Source: Tubiluchus corallicola
Taxonomy: Eukaryota > Animalia > Priapulida
NCBI GenBank assembly: GCA_030141605.1
Contig: JAQGDQ010000035.1
Location: 496,001-560,000 of the forward strand
Reading direction: 5' to 3'
DNA: 64,000 nucleotides
Below, one piece after another: positions 1 through 21,400 of this stretch. Position 1 is the stretch's first letter, and the number at the start of each line of letters is the position of its first letter. Made by a program: the position numbers and the translations under genes. The notes under the pieces were generated by a model. That model had not been told where the DNA came from. It saw only the letters and a program-made list of their open reading frames with translations, and did no database searches.

Positions 1-760
1 GATTGCATAGGAAGAAATAGCACAAATGGAAAAGTGGTAAAAATGGCATAAAAATGGAACAGGAAAAATGGCACAGGGAACAATGGCACAAATGGTAAGC
101 AGGAAAAAATGGCACATGTGTTATTTTGATGCAATTAATTTCTATAATAAAACTAGAATGCGCTAGGAAGCAGATCTCTGCTAAAGCTGAACAATCTTAA
201 TTATTCGTTTTATAATTTTCTCAAGCGAGATTTTCTCGAAATGAAACCTGGAACTAACTCGTAATTGTGAGTTCTGGAGGAGATAATAAAAAGAAGAACT
301 AAATACTCCATTTGAGACCTCAATGAAGTGTTTCATGAACGTTTTTTTTGTACGCGGTGTTCGGTCAAGTTTTGCGGAAAAAGATACCCATTTTGGCATC
401 CTATACATGTACCCGCCTTTCTTCACATAGTTTCTTGGAAATCTGTTAGTTTTTGCGTAATTGGCTTACTGCCATAACAGACAAAAACAACCAGACAAAC
501 AAACTGTGTAGAAGCATAATTTCCTTGGCAGAGGTAAAAATAACTAAAATATTATACCCCACTGTAACCCTAACCCTAAGCACATATAATTGCTAAGTGT
601 GCCATTTTTTCCTTTTTAACTACTTTTCCATTTGTGCTGTTTTTTCCTGTGCCATTTTTACCTACTTTTCCATTTGTGCTGTTTTTTTCTATGCTATCTT
701 TACCGTGCCATTTTTCCTGTACAATTTTTACTTGAGCCATTTTCCCTACATTCCTAGTGC
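1..760. mobile_element. Foldback/palindromic non-autonomous element built from (AAAAATGGCAC)-like subrepeats, left end truncated by window edge
   Basis: 1-118 is an array of gaaaaatggcac-like units. 597-750 is the reverse-complement array (gtgccatttttcc). A taaccctaacccta motif sits at 565-578. The element is interrupted by the 151-538 insertion. Confidence 0.65.
151..538. mobile_element. HINE/DINE-1-like (Helentron-associated) non-autonomous element inserted in the foldback element
   Basis: Starts aactagaatgcgct...cagatctctgctaaag and ends cataatttccttggcagaggtaaaaa. Subterminal inverted repeat ctctgctaa/ttggcagag, (acaa/acag)n microsatellite near 480-503, inserted in an A-rich site. This architecture is typical of HINE/DINE-1 elements. 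Confidence 0.6.
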
Positions 761-1029
761 TCACTACGTTCGAATACACAAGCGAGCACAGACATGCATA
801 CAGGCAGACATGATCAATCTATAAACGCCCTGCTTTTTACAACAAATGACGCAAAGCAAAGAATTATTAATTTTGGATATTTTGTGTAATAATTATTAAT
901 TATAATTATTTGTATCCGTGTCATATCTTTGTGCGAGTATGGAAATGTCACGTACGCACGACGATACCTAAAACATTACTGCTGTTTTACATAATTAATT
1001 ACACAATAACTTGTGTTTTCTCGTTACAG

Positions 1030-9456
<8,427 letters not shown>

Positions 9457-10874
9457 GATGTACAATTTCATCAACAGTGTAATAAGATAATTCGCATGGT
9501 AGCCGTACTTGATTAGAAGTTAGTTTTGAATGCTATCTAGTATCCATTATAGTTATGGAACACTGTGTTGTTGTGTTACTGTGTTGATTTACTAGTACAT
9601 GAATATCTCTGGATGTGTGTAATAGGATCTTACAATTGTTTTTTAAATTACATGCATAAAAGGTACATAAATAATCATTGCAAATTCTTAAATTTACAAT
9701 GAATGTTTATCATGTTATTCGACCAGTGGGATAAATTAATAAAGTGGCATATCAAGCTTAGATTTTTTTCAACTAAAGCTTGTAGTGCATCATAACAAGT
9801 TAACAATCATTAAATAATTGACATCTTTGAGAAGAAAATACTAAAATTTGTTCAACTAAGCAATTGGCTTCCTAATACATATAAACACATTTAGAATGCA
9901 AAATATGGCAAAATTTAGTAGATCAAATTGATACAGTAGCTCTTGTTTGTAGGTTACAGTTTGCAGAGAAGACTTGTGTAACAAATACCTGCTGTTTAAA
10001 AAAATTGAATTAAAATAAATTGCAGATTTTATAGTAATGAAAACCTGACTCATTTTTACGACAGATCTTGTACGTGATAAAAATCAAGCTGAGACACATT
10101 CAACTATTAACAAAATAATATGGCAAGATATTTGCCCTAAGAATTAACTTCAACCAATAATTATTGATGAAATGATTAGCACACCTTCAAAATTGTGTAC
10201 AATAAAAAGAATTTGTAATAAATATTAGACACAGTGTCAAGTAATACAGTTTTCACAGGTAAAAGTTTACAAATGTGAATTATATGAGCTGAATAGAAAA
10301 ATGAGAATATCTTATTTTAATTGATTTAAATTCTACTCATAAACTTTGTATAATCTACTGTTATAAACTTATGCTTATAAGTCTGGAAAGGCACTTTTGG
10401 GTAGATCTGGTAGACAAATGCAATATTTTACAATCTTGAATAATAACAAACTGTACAATTTTTTTTTACAAAATCAGGCACATATTCACGCATTCAAAAA
10501 ATATGTAATATATGAGTAGACTGTTTTCACTACTTCAGTATTTCTCAACAACAACTAGACAAAGGCACAAAGGTTACATTTGACGAAATAAATAATTGAA
10601 GATTTAGCAATGTCCCAATTGTAATTTGGTACGAACTAAAAAAAATGATACTAACAACACAATTTCAGAATTTTCACATCGCATGGAAATAGCCAAAGCA
10701 CTGCAAAATGAATATGTTAAATAAAGTTAACAAAGGCACTGTTAATCTTACTGTCAGCATATACACGAAAAATTGAGCAAATTAAAATGTAATATTTGAA
10801 AAATACTAAATTCACTGCTTTTATAAATATTACACATGGCTGCTAAACCTGTAACCTGTTTGCAGAGAAGTGAC

Positions 10875-11094
10875 ATTTCTACTGGAGTGAGGCACGCTAT
10901 AATTTCTACTGGAGTGAGGCACGCTACAATTTCTACTGGAGTGAGGCATGCTACAACTTCTACTGGAGTGAGGCACGCTACAATTTCTACTGGAGTGAGG
11001 CACGCTACAATTTCTACTGGAGTGAGGCATGCTACAACTGCTACTGGAGTGAGGCACGCTACAATTTCTACTGGAGTGAGGCACGCTACAATTT
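10875..11094. repeat. 27-bp minisatellite, 8 near-identical tandem copies
   Basis: Unit atttctactggagtgaggcacgctaca, head-to-tail with no spacers. It explains the periodic ORFs (ISTGVRHAT)n and (VACLTPVEI)n. Confidence 0.95.
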
Positions 11095-12164
11095 GAGAGT
11101 AACTGTGAAGCAAGTGTTAAAACTGCCCAGACATGTCCCCTGCATTTACGTACTTTAAAACAGCTAATTACGCACACTTCAGAAAATTCACATACGCAAT
11201 AGAAATTAAGTGTTTGTGATGAAATACAAGAATTATAATTAAACCACATACTTTAAAACCACAAAATAAAATCATACTTGTTCAGCCTAATAACTTAGGA
11301 CCTTATATGAAATAATAGCAACCAGTATGCATGACAATCTGTGTAACTGTGTAACAGTAATTTTAGCAACTACATCAGTAAATCTGCATGTAAAAAATTA
11401 GTTTAATTTGTGTTGTTCTTTGCAAACTATGAACAAGCATCATTCATACATTAACCTGTAGAACTGTTATCAGTACATAGTTTTATTTCCAGATTCATTC
11501 TACTGTTTGGCTATTAGTCTTATTTTATTTCCAGTCCTATTCCAGATATTTTTTAATTTAGGCAGTGAATGATACAAGTAACACCAAAAGTAACTGTACA
11601 ACAAAATAGTAAAATTCTAATAGTTTTCCCATTCTTTTTCACAGTTTTAGACCTAACACTACAATTTGATATAGTGTAATACATACAAAACACGCTTTCT
11701 GATATTAAATAATTTTTTAATGTCGCTTTTCTAGGTTATTGCTAAGATCAACGGTAAGATCTGTTTTACCATAACCTTCATCAAGATTTATTTTAACACT
11801 CACCAAATAATTACAATTTCTTACAATAATTAATTACTACTAAAGAGAAATTACTGTGACTCTGACAGTAACACAGATGCGGAAGGCAACCATAATTCTT
11901 TTAAAATTTAACTCGTCTTGGGTCCCACAGTGCAATGTACCTACTCAACCCAACATTAAAACCGTGTAAGCTTTTCAAGCTAAAAGTCATAAAAAGCAAC
12001 CGCAATGCATTAAATGACTAGATTTTTACAATGAGATTACATTTTGGCTGTATTACAGACAAACATCTAATAAATGCATTACATATTAGTTGTACACAAG
12101 AATTCTCACTTGCATTACCTGATACACTTCGTTCAGTTCAACATTCTTTAACCAGACAGCCTTG

Positions 12165-12250
12165 TTACATGGTGTCGTTTTTTCTCACAGGTCTTCGATT
12201 TTTTTCATATCTTGACGCATGATTATCTCGACTGATATTGTATGATAAGG
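12165..12250 (-). CDS. INVS: Candidate alternative terminal exon of inversin (TLSYNISRDNHASRYEKNRRPVRKNDTM*)
   Basis: Strong acceptor ttttgtttttag. Phase 1 is compatible with the donor of exon 12897-12785. Open frame to TAA. Confidence 0.45.
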
Positions 12251-12436
12251 CTAAAAACAAAACACAAAACTGATTAAGACATTAAGCAAGAAAATTTCAA
12301 TCAATTAAATTTACATATATTTATAGTATTTACTTTAAGTACATGATTGCAGCTTTCAGGTTTCACATTTTTGTATGTAATGCTATTTTACTGACATGAA
12401 AAAAGATAGGAAAGGCTTCAATTTTAATGACAATAT

Positions 12437-15400
12437 TTAGGCATCTATTACTCGCTTTACGAGACATGAGTATTGAATTTTGTATTTTTTTAACCCCTTT
12501 CTTTTAAATTGCTTATGTGCAGAGAGAACGCATTCCTCTAAAGCACAGATGTCGTTTAATTTTGTTGTTAAAACAAAACACGAGTCGTCAGTCAGCCAAG
12601 ACAGCGCATTAAGCATCATATTTTGCCAAAAACTGTATTCATCAGGTGCTAAAATGAAACAAAATCAAATTACAGACTTCTAAGACAGATAAAAGATACA
12701 TTTTGCTATAAAGTGGAGATGTCAAAATATTTAATATATTTTAGCAACCGAAAATCATTATATAATAGGCGAAGATGTACATACTCTTAGCTCGAATCAG
12801 CATTTTATCACAGTGATCCTTTGTCAGCAAATATCGATCGACACTCTGAGATCTTCTGATGGAATTCTCTAGCACTGCCTCTGGCTTAGTAGTCAGTCTA
12901 AAAATAACACACACATTTCGCTAAACTTCTGAGCTGCTACACTCACGCAAATCAAAAATTAAATTATGAACTGGAAAATTTATTTGTCGTATTAACATGC
13001 GCACTCGTACTGATCATGCATGGCCTTTTTAATACTGACTAATGGTCTTTGCTCAATGCTTAACTTCGATCTTAGAAATTTTGAACACAAAATCAAATAA
13101 TGCACGTTCAGAAAAATGAATAATTGTACTCCCATGCAAATCCATGCATATCACCAATGATAACTCTAAGTTATACCCTGAAACATCAAAATGCAGCTAA
13201 AGGTAATGGATCATGTCATCTTATCGCCAGCTTACAGATAGTATACTACAAGTACACAGCAGACTTGCATTGTTGCACACTCTTAACTAGAGGTTATCCT
13301 GACCCAAGGCAGTCCTTACATTGTTGCCCACTTTTCACTAAAGGTCATCTTGACCTTGACTTTTGAAAACAAAAATAATACAAGTCTACATGACTTGCAA
13401 TGGACTATATATGAAGTATATCTGGTAGAAATACAAAGTTTACTTCCTAGAATGCCACAATAAACACGACAGGCAGAATTCAACATCCTATCCATGCCCA
13501 ATACAGTTATTACCATAATAACACTGATACCAGTGTCACTACAATTGTTATCGCATAATGCAACACAGATAACACAGTCTTAAATTGGTTGTTCATGCTG
13601 AAGAAAACTGAAATTGTACTACAGTGGCCGCCGCTTATTATGGACACGGTTATTGTGGACAGCCGGTTATTGTGGACAACTCGCGAGGGACGGAATTTTC
13701 CCCTAATAAAATCCGCCGGTTAATATGGACAACCGCCGCTTAATATGGACAGCGAACATTCTTGGCACGTGACCAGCCGTGCCAACCACGGCCTGCGCGC
13801 GTGATTGAAAAGAGCTTCCCGCTCTGCTGCCTGTGTGAGTCATTGCATCAGTCAGTTCGCCGTTTGCCGTGGCCTTGAGAGCTTCGAAACTGTGATAACT
13901 TCCTTCCGTTCAAGGTTGAGAGAAAAGTTTCCTGCCAAACAAACTCGTCTGACTTCTTTTTTTCAATAAAACAGGAGACGAGTTGATACAGACAGTTTTT
14001 TGCCTTTTTTAATGAAGGGGAAGGGTCTTCACGGGTCACTTCGCTTAATATGGACAGCCGCTTAATATGGACATACACTGCTGGCCCGAGGTGTCCACAA
14101 TAAGCGGCGGCCACTGTATCAAGAAACTGAAACTAAAACTATCAATGCTAAGATATGACTGTAAAGTAGTCAACTTGTTAAGACTTAAATGTAAACAAAA
14201 ACATATGATGCACACTGCGCATCTTTAATTAATAAAAACTATTAGATGCACACCTGTTGAAATTAAGCTCTTGGCCTTGCTGTTTCATACATCCAGTTTT
14301 CAGTGATTCCGTATAAAACGATTCTCTTTTTGCCTTATCGCTTAAAGACTTTTTGAGGCGTACACCTTTTCTTTCATCTGACTTTTCAACCTGCTTTTCT
14401 ATATTCCTAGATTTGCTCATAATTTCGGTATCACTGCTATGTCCAGTACTGCCACTCTTTAATCTAGACGACTTCTGAGAACAAGATTTAGTCTTCTCCA
14501 GAGGCACATTTTTTAAGTTTCCTTTTGGTGGCTTTTTCTTAATTTTTGTGTCATGTACTGACTGTTCAACACCATTGTTATTGTTTTTGTTTATATATTT
14601 TAGCGTGCTCAAATCACCACTAAATTTTGCAGAATCAACATTATCAGATTCTAGTTCCTGTAGCTGGCTTTTCTCTTTCGTTTTCTTCTGCAGTTCTTCT
14701 TTTGCTTTTTTCCTATTACAAAAATATAAAACAAAACTTCACTGAATGGTAAGAAAAAATGTATTAAAAATATGTGTATAAAAAAACAATTATTGGAGAC
14801 CAATAAAATCCTACATTCTGTTTCTGAACATTGTTACTGCAGATTACGCATGTCAGCCATGGCAGTAAGCAGGGCTTACGATACTTCATAAAAAATCCTT
14901 AAACAGCAATGTATTTAATCTTTGCTTTTCCTTAATGTTCCTTCAATAATCCAAACTTGAATTTCTTTTTCAGCAGCAGCTGTGGGAAAAACAAATCTTA
15001 AAAATATTGGATGCAGCACACATCACTTAAAATTCATATCTTAAACAACACATAGCCAAATTTTCACGAAAAAGGAGTAAATTGTGCTCTAAATGTGGCA
15101 AACCCATAATTTAGTGCAAGCTACATTAGAATAATATAAACCACAACAATGTAACAAAATATGGGCAGAATCATTTAATGGGTGTGACGCATTTAATAGA
15201 CACATCTGAGGAGGGCTGCAAAGGGAGAGTGAAAAATCGGCATCAGTTATGGTCTGCACAGTGCTATGTAGTATCTTCCTCGAAAAAATCTGCTTCCCTC
15301 AATGAAAACTGTGGCCTGTTTTCATTCAAAGATAAATATGACAATATAACAACACCTCCACCAGCATCAACATGACCAAGAACTAGAGATCCCACATTTT

Positions 15401-18400
15401 GTGCCAGATCCAAAAAAACAAGGGCAACTATACAGCTGCTGGTAAAATATGCTTACATTGCAGCATCCTTTCGTAACTTTTCATGTTTCATTAGCAGAGT
15501 TTTGCACTGGAGAAAAGTCTTTCTAACTCTGTAACCACGAAACAAAGCTTGGATTTTAGCTGCAGCTATATCTTGTATAGCATTTATTGAAAGCGCTCCT
15601 AGTTCCACCATGTACTGCGCAACATCGTGATGTTCACCCATCAGTGCATAGTCTAGTGCTGTAAATCTACAACATAAAAGACTATCACAGCTTTTAAGAA
15701 CATTTTAAACATGACCACTTATTGTCTACCATAGTTCAATGTTCAAACTTTGTGCTGCAAATCACAGTACTTATAAAAGGAAATTCAGATGCGGGCTGAC
15801 AGAAGTTAAAAAGAAATTAGCGCTCCTTGTAGAGTTAGCGCCAGTCAAAATTTTAACTATAAACTCAAAATGATTATACCCTAAAAAATTCTATTTTCTG
15901 ATGGGATACTAAAAATTTACCGATCTTCCGTGAATTTTACATGATTGGGAAAAGCTCCTATCTCTAACAGCAGCTTGACAGCATCATGGTGTCCTGACAC
16001 ACATGCCCAGTGTAATGCTGACATACCCTACAGTGAAAAAATTTAATAGTAAACAAGATAGGTTAGCTTGTTACTGTCTACAAAAAAACAATTGATGAAA
16101 TATGCCATCTGGATCATAATTCTTTCCCTGGCTTTAAATGCAACAGTATTACTCAATCACACACACAATTAGCCCACACAGACGTAATGTACAATTGTTT
16201 TCATTTTTGTTCATAAATTATAATTCAACAAATTAGATAAAATTTTCAAGCCAGTTTTGAAGGTTTTTGCTGAAATATTGTTTTTAATTTTGTCTGTTCT
16301 GTCTAAATGTTGAATGTTAATTTATAACTTTGGTGCTGATGCTGGATTTGTAAGCCTCTTTATGAAAAAAATTGTTTTACACATACTAAAGAGTATACGC
16401 TTTCTTAAGTCTGTAAGCAAAATTTTAATGAACAACGATGTAGTGTTGGAACATTGATTACATTTTTATAATCGATTAATCAAATATGAAACTGATTCAA
16501 TAATCGACTGTAATCGATTCATAGGTATATTTTATGAGAAAACAGGCAAATGTGAAAACATGTGTTTATGCTCATGAACATTTGCGTTTAACTAGCAAAG
16601 CCAGCAAGCTAAGTGACGTGCACAAAGGTAGTGCCATATTACTTGATTTTAAGGCATTTGTTTGAACCATTTTTGTGGTTTTGCCAAAAAATAAGCCGAA
16701 AATTATATTGGTAATACAAGTGATTTAAAAGAGAAACAGAAAAAATTAATCGACAATTATTTAGAAATAAAAACCAAAATTATTATAATCGATTAATTGT
16801 CCCTCCACTACAACGAGCAGTAGAAGAGTAAAGTAAATAGAATAATGAATAGCAAGAGTTTGGATTCGAACTTGTTCTTAGCACTTTATTTACAGTTTAC
16901 ATGTATTTGGTTTTATCTGAGTGGAGTTCTTACTAACGCTTTGCCATCATAAATTTTTTTTATTCTAAGCACTGATTTTAAACAACTAATGCATATTAAT
17001 TGCATTTCTAATTAATGGAAATTAATTTTGAATTATATTTCAGTTTTCTTAAAAATCTGATAAAAAAATAAGAATAATCTTGAAACATCATGACGCTTAT
17101 TCCAACATACACTGTTATATTATACACTGTTTTATCAGTTAAAATTTACCTCATTATCTTGTAAATCCACATCAGCTCTGTTTTCTATTAATACTGACAT
17201 GCAATTGACAAATCCACCATAAGCAGCACACTGAAGTGGAGAACGTCCAGAGTGATCACGAACATCTGGATCAACTCCATATTCCGTCAGAGTTTGACAA
17301 ATATATGCATGACCACCTAAAGCTGCCCTGAAGTGAATATTAACAATCGACATTAAAAAATGAAAAATGAAAAGTAATTTTACGTTGAACTTTCATTTTT
17401 TACATACATTTAACTTAATAAGATGCCTCAGGAACACACAACGTAGTAAAAATTATGTTATTTTATATTTACTAAACCACAAAGATTAAACGAAAAGCTG
17501 TCGATACACATCTTAATCTACTATATATTAATTTCGGTGGTTTCTGGATATATATATATAAGATTAGAGGCTGCAGCTCCAACGACGGCACCATTCTCAG
17601 CGATCTATATATGAAATGAAAGGTCTCGATCTAGTGTTGTCTCATTGGGGGTTTATTTTTTGAATACGGCCCACCGGGATGAACGGGGCAAAAATCTCAA
17701 AGAATGATCATATTTTACCCGGTTTTTGCAAAATTTATACCTCTTATTTCTAAAGAACGGGAATGGTCCAGGAGTGGTGTAGGTAAGATAGCTGGTTTAA
17801 TAGTGGGTGTAGTAGGCCTGTTTATAATTCATGGGAGGGCCATGCTGGAAGGACCAGAGCGTTTTCCTGGATCCATCTGCCTAAATTTTACGGAAAACTA
17901 CACAAATATACTACTGCCATTTTAATGAGCTTGTACAGGGAAGGGTGGCTTAAAACTACATGGTTATCAAGTCAAGCCACCCCTATTCAATTAACATGTA
18001 TTTACGATATTTAAGTAGTGGCACGGTGGTCAAAAGTACAAAAAATAACAATTAGCATAAACTCATATAAGTAGAACTAGCGCAGTAAATTAGCAAAATC
18101 AAATACATGCAATAATCAAAATGAAAAAGCGAGATTATTAACCCCAGCAAATCAAATTATTAATGACAAATGAGGTGTGACAAATCTAACTGTAAATGAA
18201 AACCATGCACTAAAATAACAAAATATTATATCAATATGCAACACAACAAAATAAATATTTTATCTTAAATACATATGATGCAATATAGACATTTAAAAGA
18301 AAATAAATTATCAAATGGTAACATACACAATACGTCTCAATACTAGCAATACATTAATGAGTCAAAATAAAAGCTTTTAAACATGCAATAATCAACTGAA

Positions 18401-21400
18401 AAACCAGCTATCAAGATGTCGTACATAGCTGAATTCTACACCCACCATCATACATTGTTGGCCATTCATTTCTTTATAAGTAAATAATATGTAATTTAGC
18501 GAAATGGATGGCACTACCAACACGCAGAAACTCATTTAAAGTACAAATAAAATAAAAATTACCAATGTAAAGGCGAACGACCATCTTGATCTGTGACATC
18601 TAAACGAGCGCCGCCTTCAATAAGTGCTTGTACGACATCAGTATGACCCACTTCACAGGCACGGAACACTGGAGTATGCTTCAACATGTCAACAGCATTA
18701 ACATCAGCGCCAAGTTCTAGCAGCAAATTGACTGTACCAGACCGACCAGACATGGCAGCAGCATGTAACACTAAATTGAACAGTAAAGTACTACTGAGTA
18801 ATTGAAAGTGAACAAATAAAAAAAAGATTTATTATCATAATATAATGGACAAAAGAACAGACTCAAAGACATAAGCCAAGTTATGATTTAACAGATGAAT
18901 GGCTTATTTTCTATAATTACTAAAAACAACAAAAGAATAGAAATGTCTTTTTAAGTTTGTTAAAAATAGTATACATTTCATTTATTAAAATCAGTAAATT
19001 AAGTGCAAATCAACAAACAGTAAATTACAATTCTCTTAAAGCATAATCAATTTACTGCAGTTAAAAGATACAAGATAAAGCAGAAACAAGATACTATAAG
19101 TGGGTTCCTATAGTATACAATTCACAACAGACCTGTCAATACCAGCTACTTACCAGTACTTCCATTCTTATCAGTAGCATATATATCAGAGTTAAATTGC
19201 ATCATTGTACGAATAACATCGTCAGCACCCTTCCCTGCTGCCCACATCAATGCTGTCCGACCTTCTAAATCTGGTACATCTATGATGTTTTCTCTTGATA
19301 AGAAAACTTTCACTGTTGCCTGATTGAAAGTATACATGCAATACATGTAAGTGCTGATAAGTTTTAGTTATTAATGCAGTTTTAGTTTTTATTGATAATT
19401 TATTTAAAACATTCAAGGTTTCCATAATGATTAATAAAGAAGAAATTGAAAAGATGCAATCCTTTACTGAATCAATGCATACTACCTCCAGGTTGAAAGT
19501 AAGAAAAATACAAAAAATAATTTACAATAATTTCTGTAAATTTTTATGATTTCATGATTTTCTATAAAGAAAAATGTTTTATGCACTGAATATACAACAC
19601 AGAAAAAACAAGAGAAAAAAGTAAGTCCAAAATATCACCAATATTTGCATCACAAAATATCGCATTAGAACTTTAGCTGTGCAAAGGAATTAACAAAGTC
19701 ATAAAACTCAAAAAATGTGCATTTTGTGATTTTTCTTCTCCTTTCCCCAGCTGAAGATAGAACACAACAATGTACTGATATAACATGTCTTTTCAATTTA
19801 TACATTGTGGGAGTGTCCATTAATTTCCATAATAACAGTTTGTACACAAACCATTAACTTAATACTACAAAAAACATTATTACACAAAGACCGCTCAGCA
19901 TGGTGAAGCAAAATGTATTAATATTAAGCTTACGGCATGATTATTTTGTGCAGCATAGTGTAATGGAGTAGCGCCATTGGCATCTGAGTTAGCGTAGTCT
20001 GCATTACTGTCCAATAATATCTTCACTATATTAGCATGACCTGAAATAGTATTTTGACTACATAAATATCAAGATAATTTTGTCAGAGGCAGTTTTAAAA
20101 TCAGGGCAAAAGGAGCAAAATAGTATTAAAAATAGTATTATATTATATACACGTCTGATCACTGTAATGTTTATTATGTTATTCTAACAAACCTTTTTTC
20201 AGTTTCACTGATTGATGATGATCGTGAAAAGGTCAAAGGTTACATGTAACAGACAACGCATTTGTGCACACTTGACAATGCCTCGCAGCCCATGCTGATG
20301 TAACAGTAACAGCTTTAACAGCTAGTTAGAATCTTTACTAGTTCATTTCTTCTTGTACCCAAGCGAAATCCTGCTAGTAAATCACCTTACACACAAACTA
20401 ATGCACAATTAAGTAAAGCCCATATAAAACAAGAAGTTACTAAACTGATGCGGCAGACAGCTTTGCTTTACCCACGTCACGTGGTGAATGTAGTTAAGAC
20501 ATGTTGCTGCGGTACACTTAACCTTTAACCAATAGCAACTGCAGGTGCGCACAGCAAAACTGTTGTTATGTGTGTCAGTTGGATATATTATACATCAAGT
20601 TATGATGTTGTAATTAACTAATCTGTCTTATTGTAATTAATATTTTATAAAATATACATTGTATAATAATTGTACTGTATTCGTGAATATTAATTGTTAA
20701 CCCATCAAATTAAATTAAACTAAATTAAAATTACATATCATAACTACAACAAAGTTAACTTAACTGTTACAACTAAAACTATAAAAAGTGAAACATTTCA
20801 TACGTATAAATGTTGGTATGAACTGATATGAACTAACTTACCTAACACTGCAGCCCAATGTAAAGGTGTGCGGAACATATTGTCCAATGCACCAACATTG
20901 CACTTCATATCAATCGCAACCTTAAAAATGAAAGAAATGAAATCGGCTTTACATACCAAAAATGCAAATCAGAAATGAAATCAACAAAAAAAATAAAAAA
21001 AATTATTTTTTTACCAGAAAAATAATTTAATAATTATTGCCTTAAACTGCAATTATTGTGTTTGCATAAATGGAAATGTTTGTTTAAAAAACTGCTTAGA
21101 GTTATGCCACAATGTGCAACATTTTTTATCAAATGTCTCTTTTTTTAAACAGTGTTTGTTCTTTGAAAGTGCTTTAAATCGTGTGTTACAATATAGCTGT
21201 GCAATACAAAATGCGAATGTTTAGTAGTGAAAAATTTTACGGGATTTTAAAACAGACCTTAAGTGATTTTCGTTATATCCCTCGCACGTACACACGCACG
21301 CACGCATGCACGCACACACTGATTTTCAGTGTTCTGTGCTGCAATTTGCATGAATCACACCATTCAAAATGCCATAGAGAAATCTAGACTAACAAATAGT

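Noticed and set aside
576-824. Two small overlapping ORFs with GKNGTG-like and FSICAVF-like repeats
   Set aside because: They derive from the subrepeats of the foldback transposon arm.
10875-11094. CRISPR-like array or repeat-protein ORFs (10754-11113, 10830-11249, 10836-11096)
   Set aside because: The units are contiguous with no unique spacers and no cas genes, in a eukaryotic context. The ORFs are by-products of a 3n repeat unit.
14915-14979. Extra inversin exon after the IQ exon (acceptor ttttcccacag)
   Set aside because: The upstream donor is phase 2, which gives an immediate TGA. The open frame would need phase 1.
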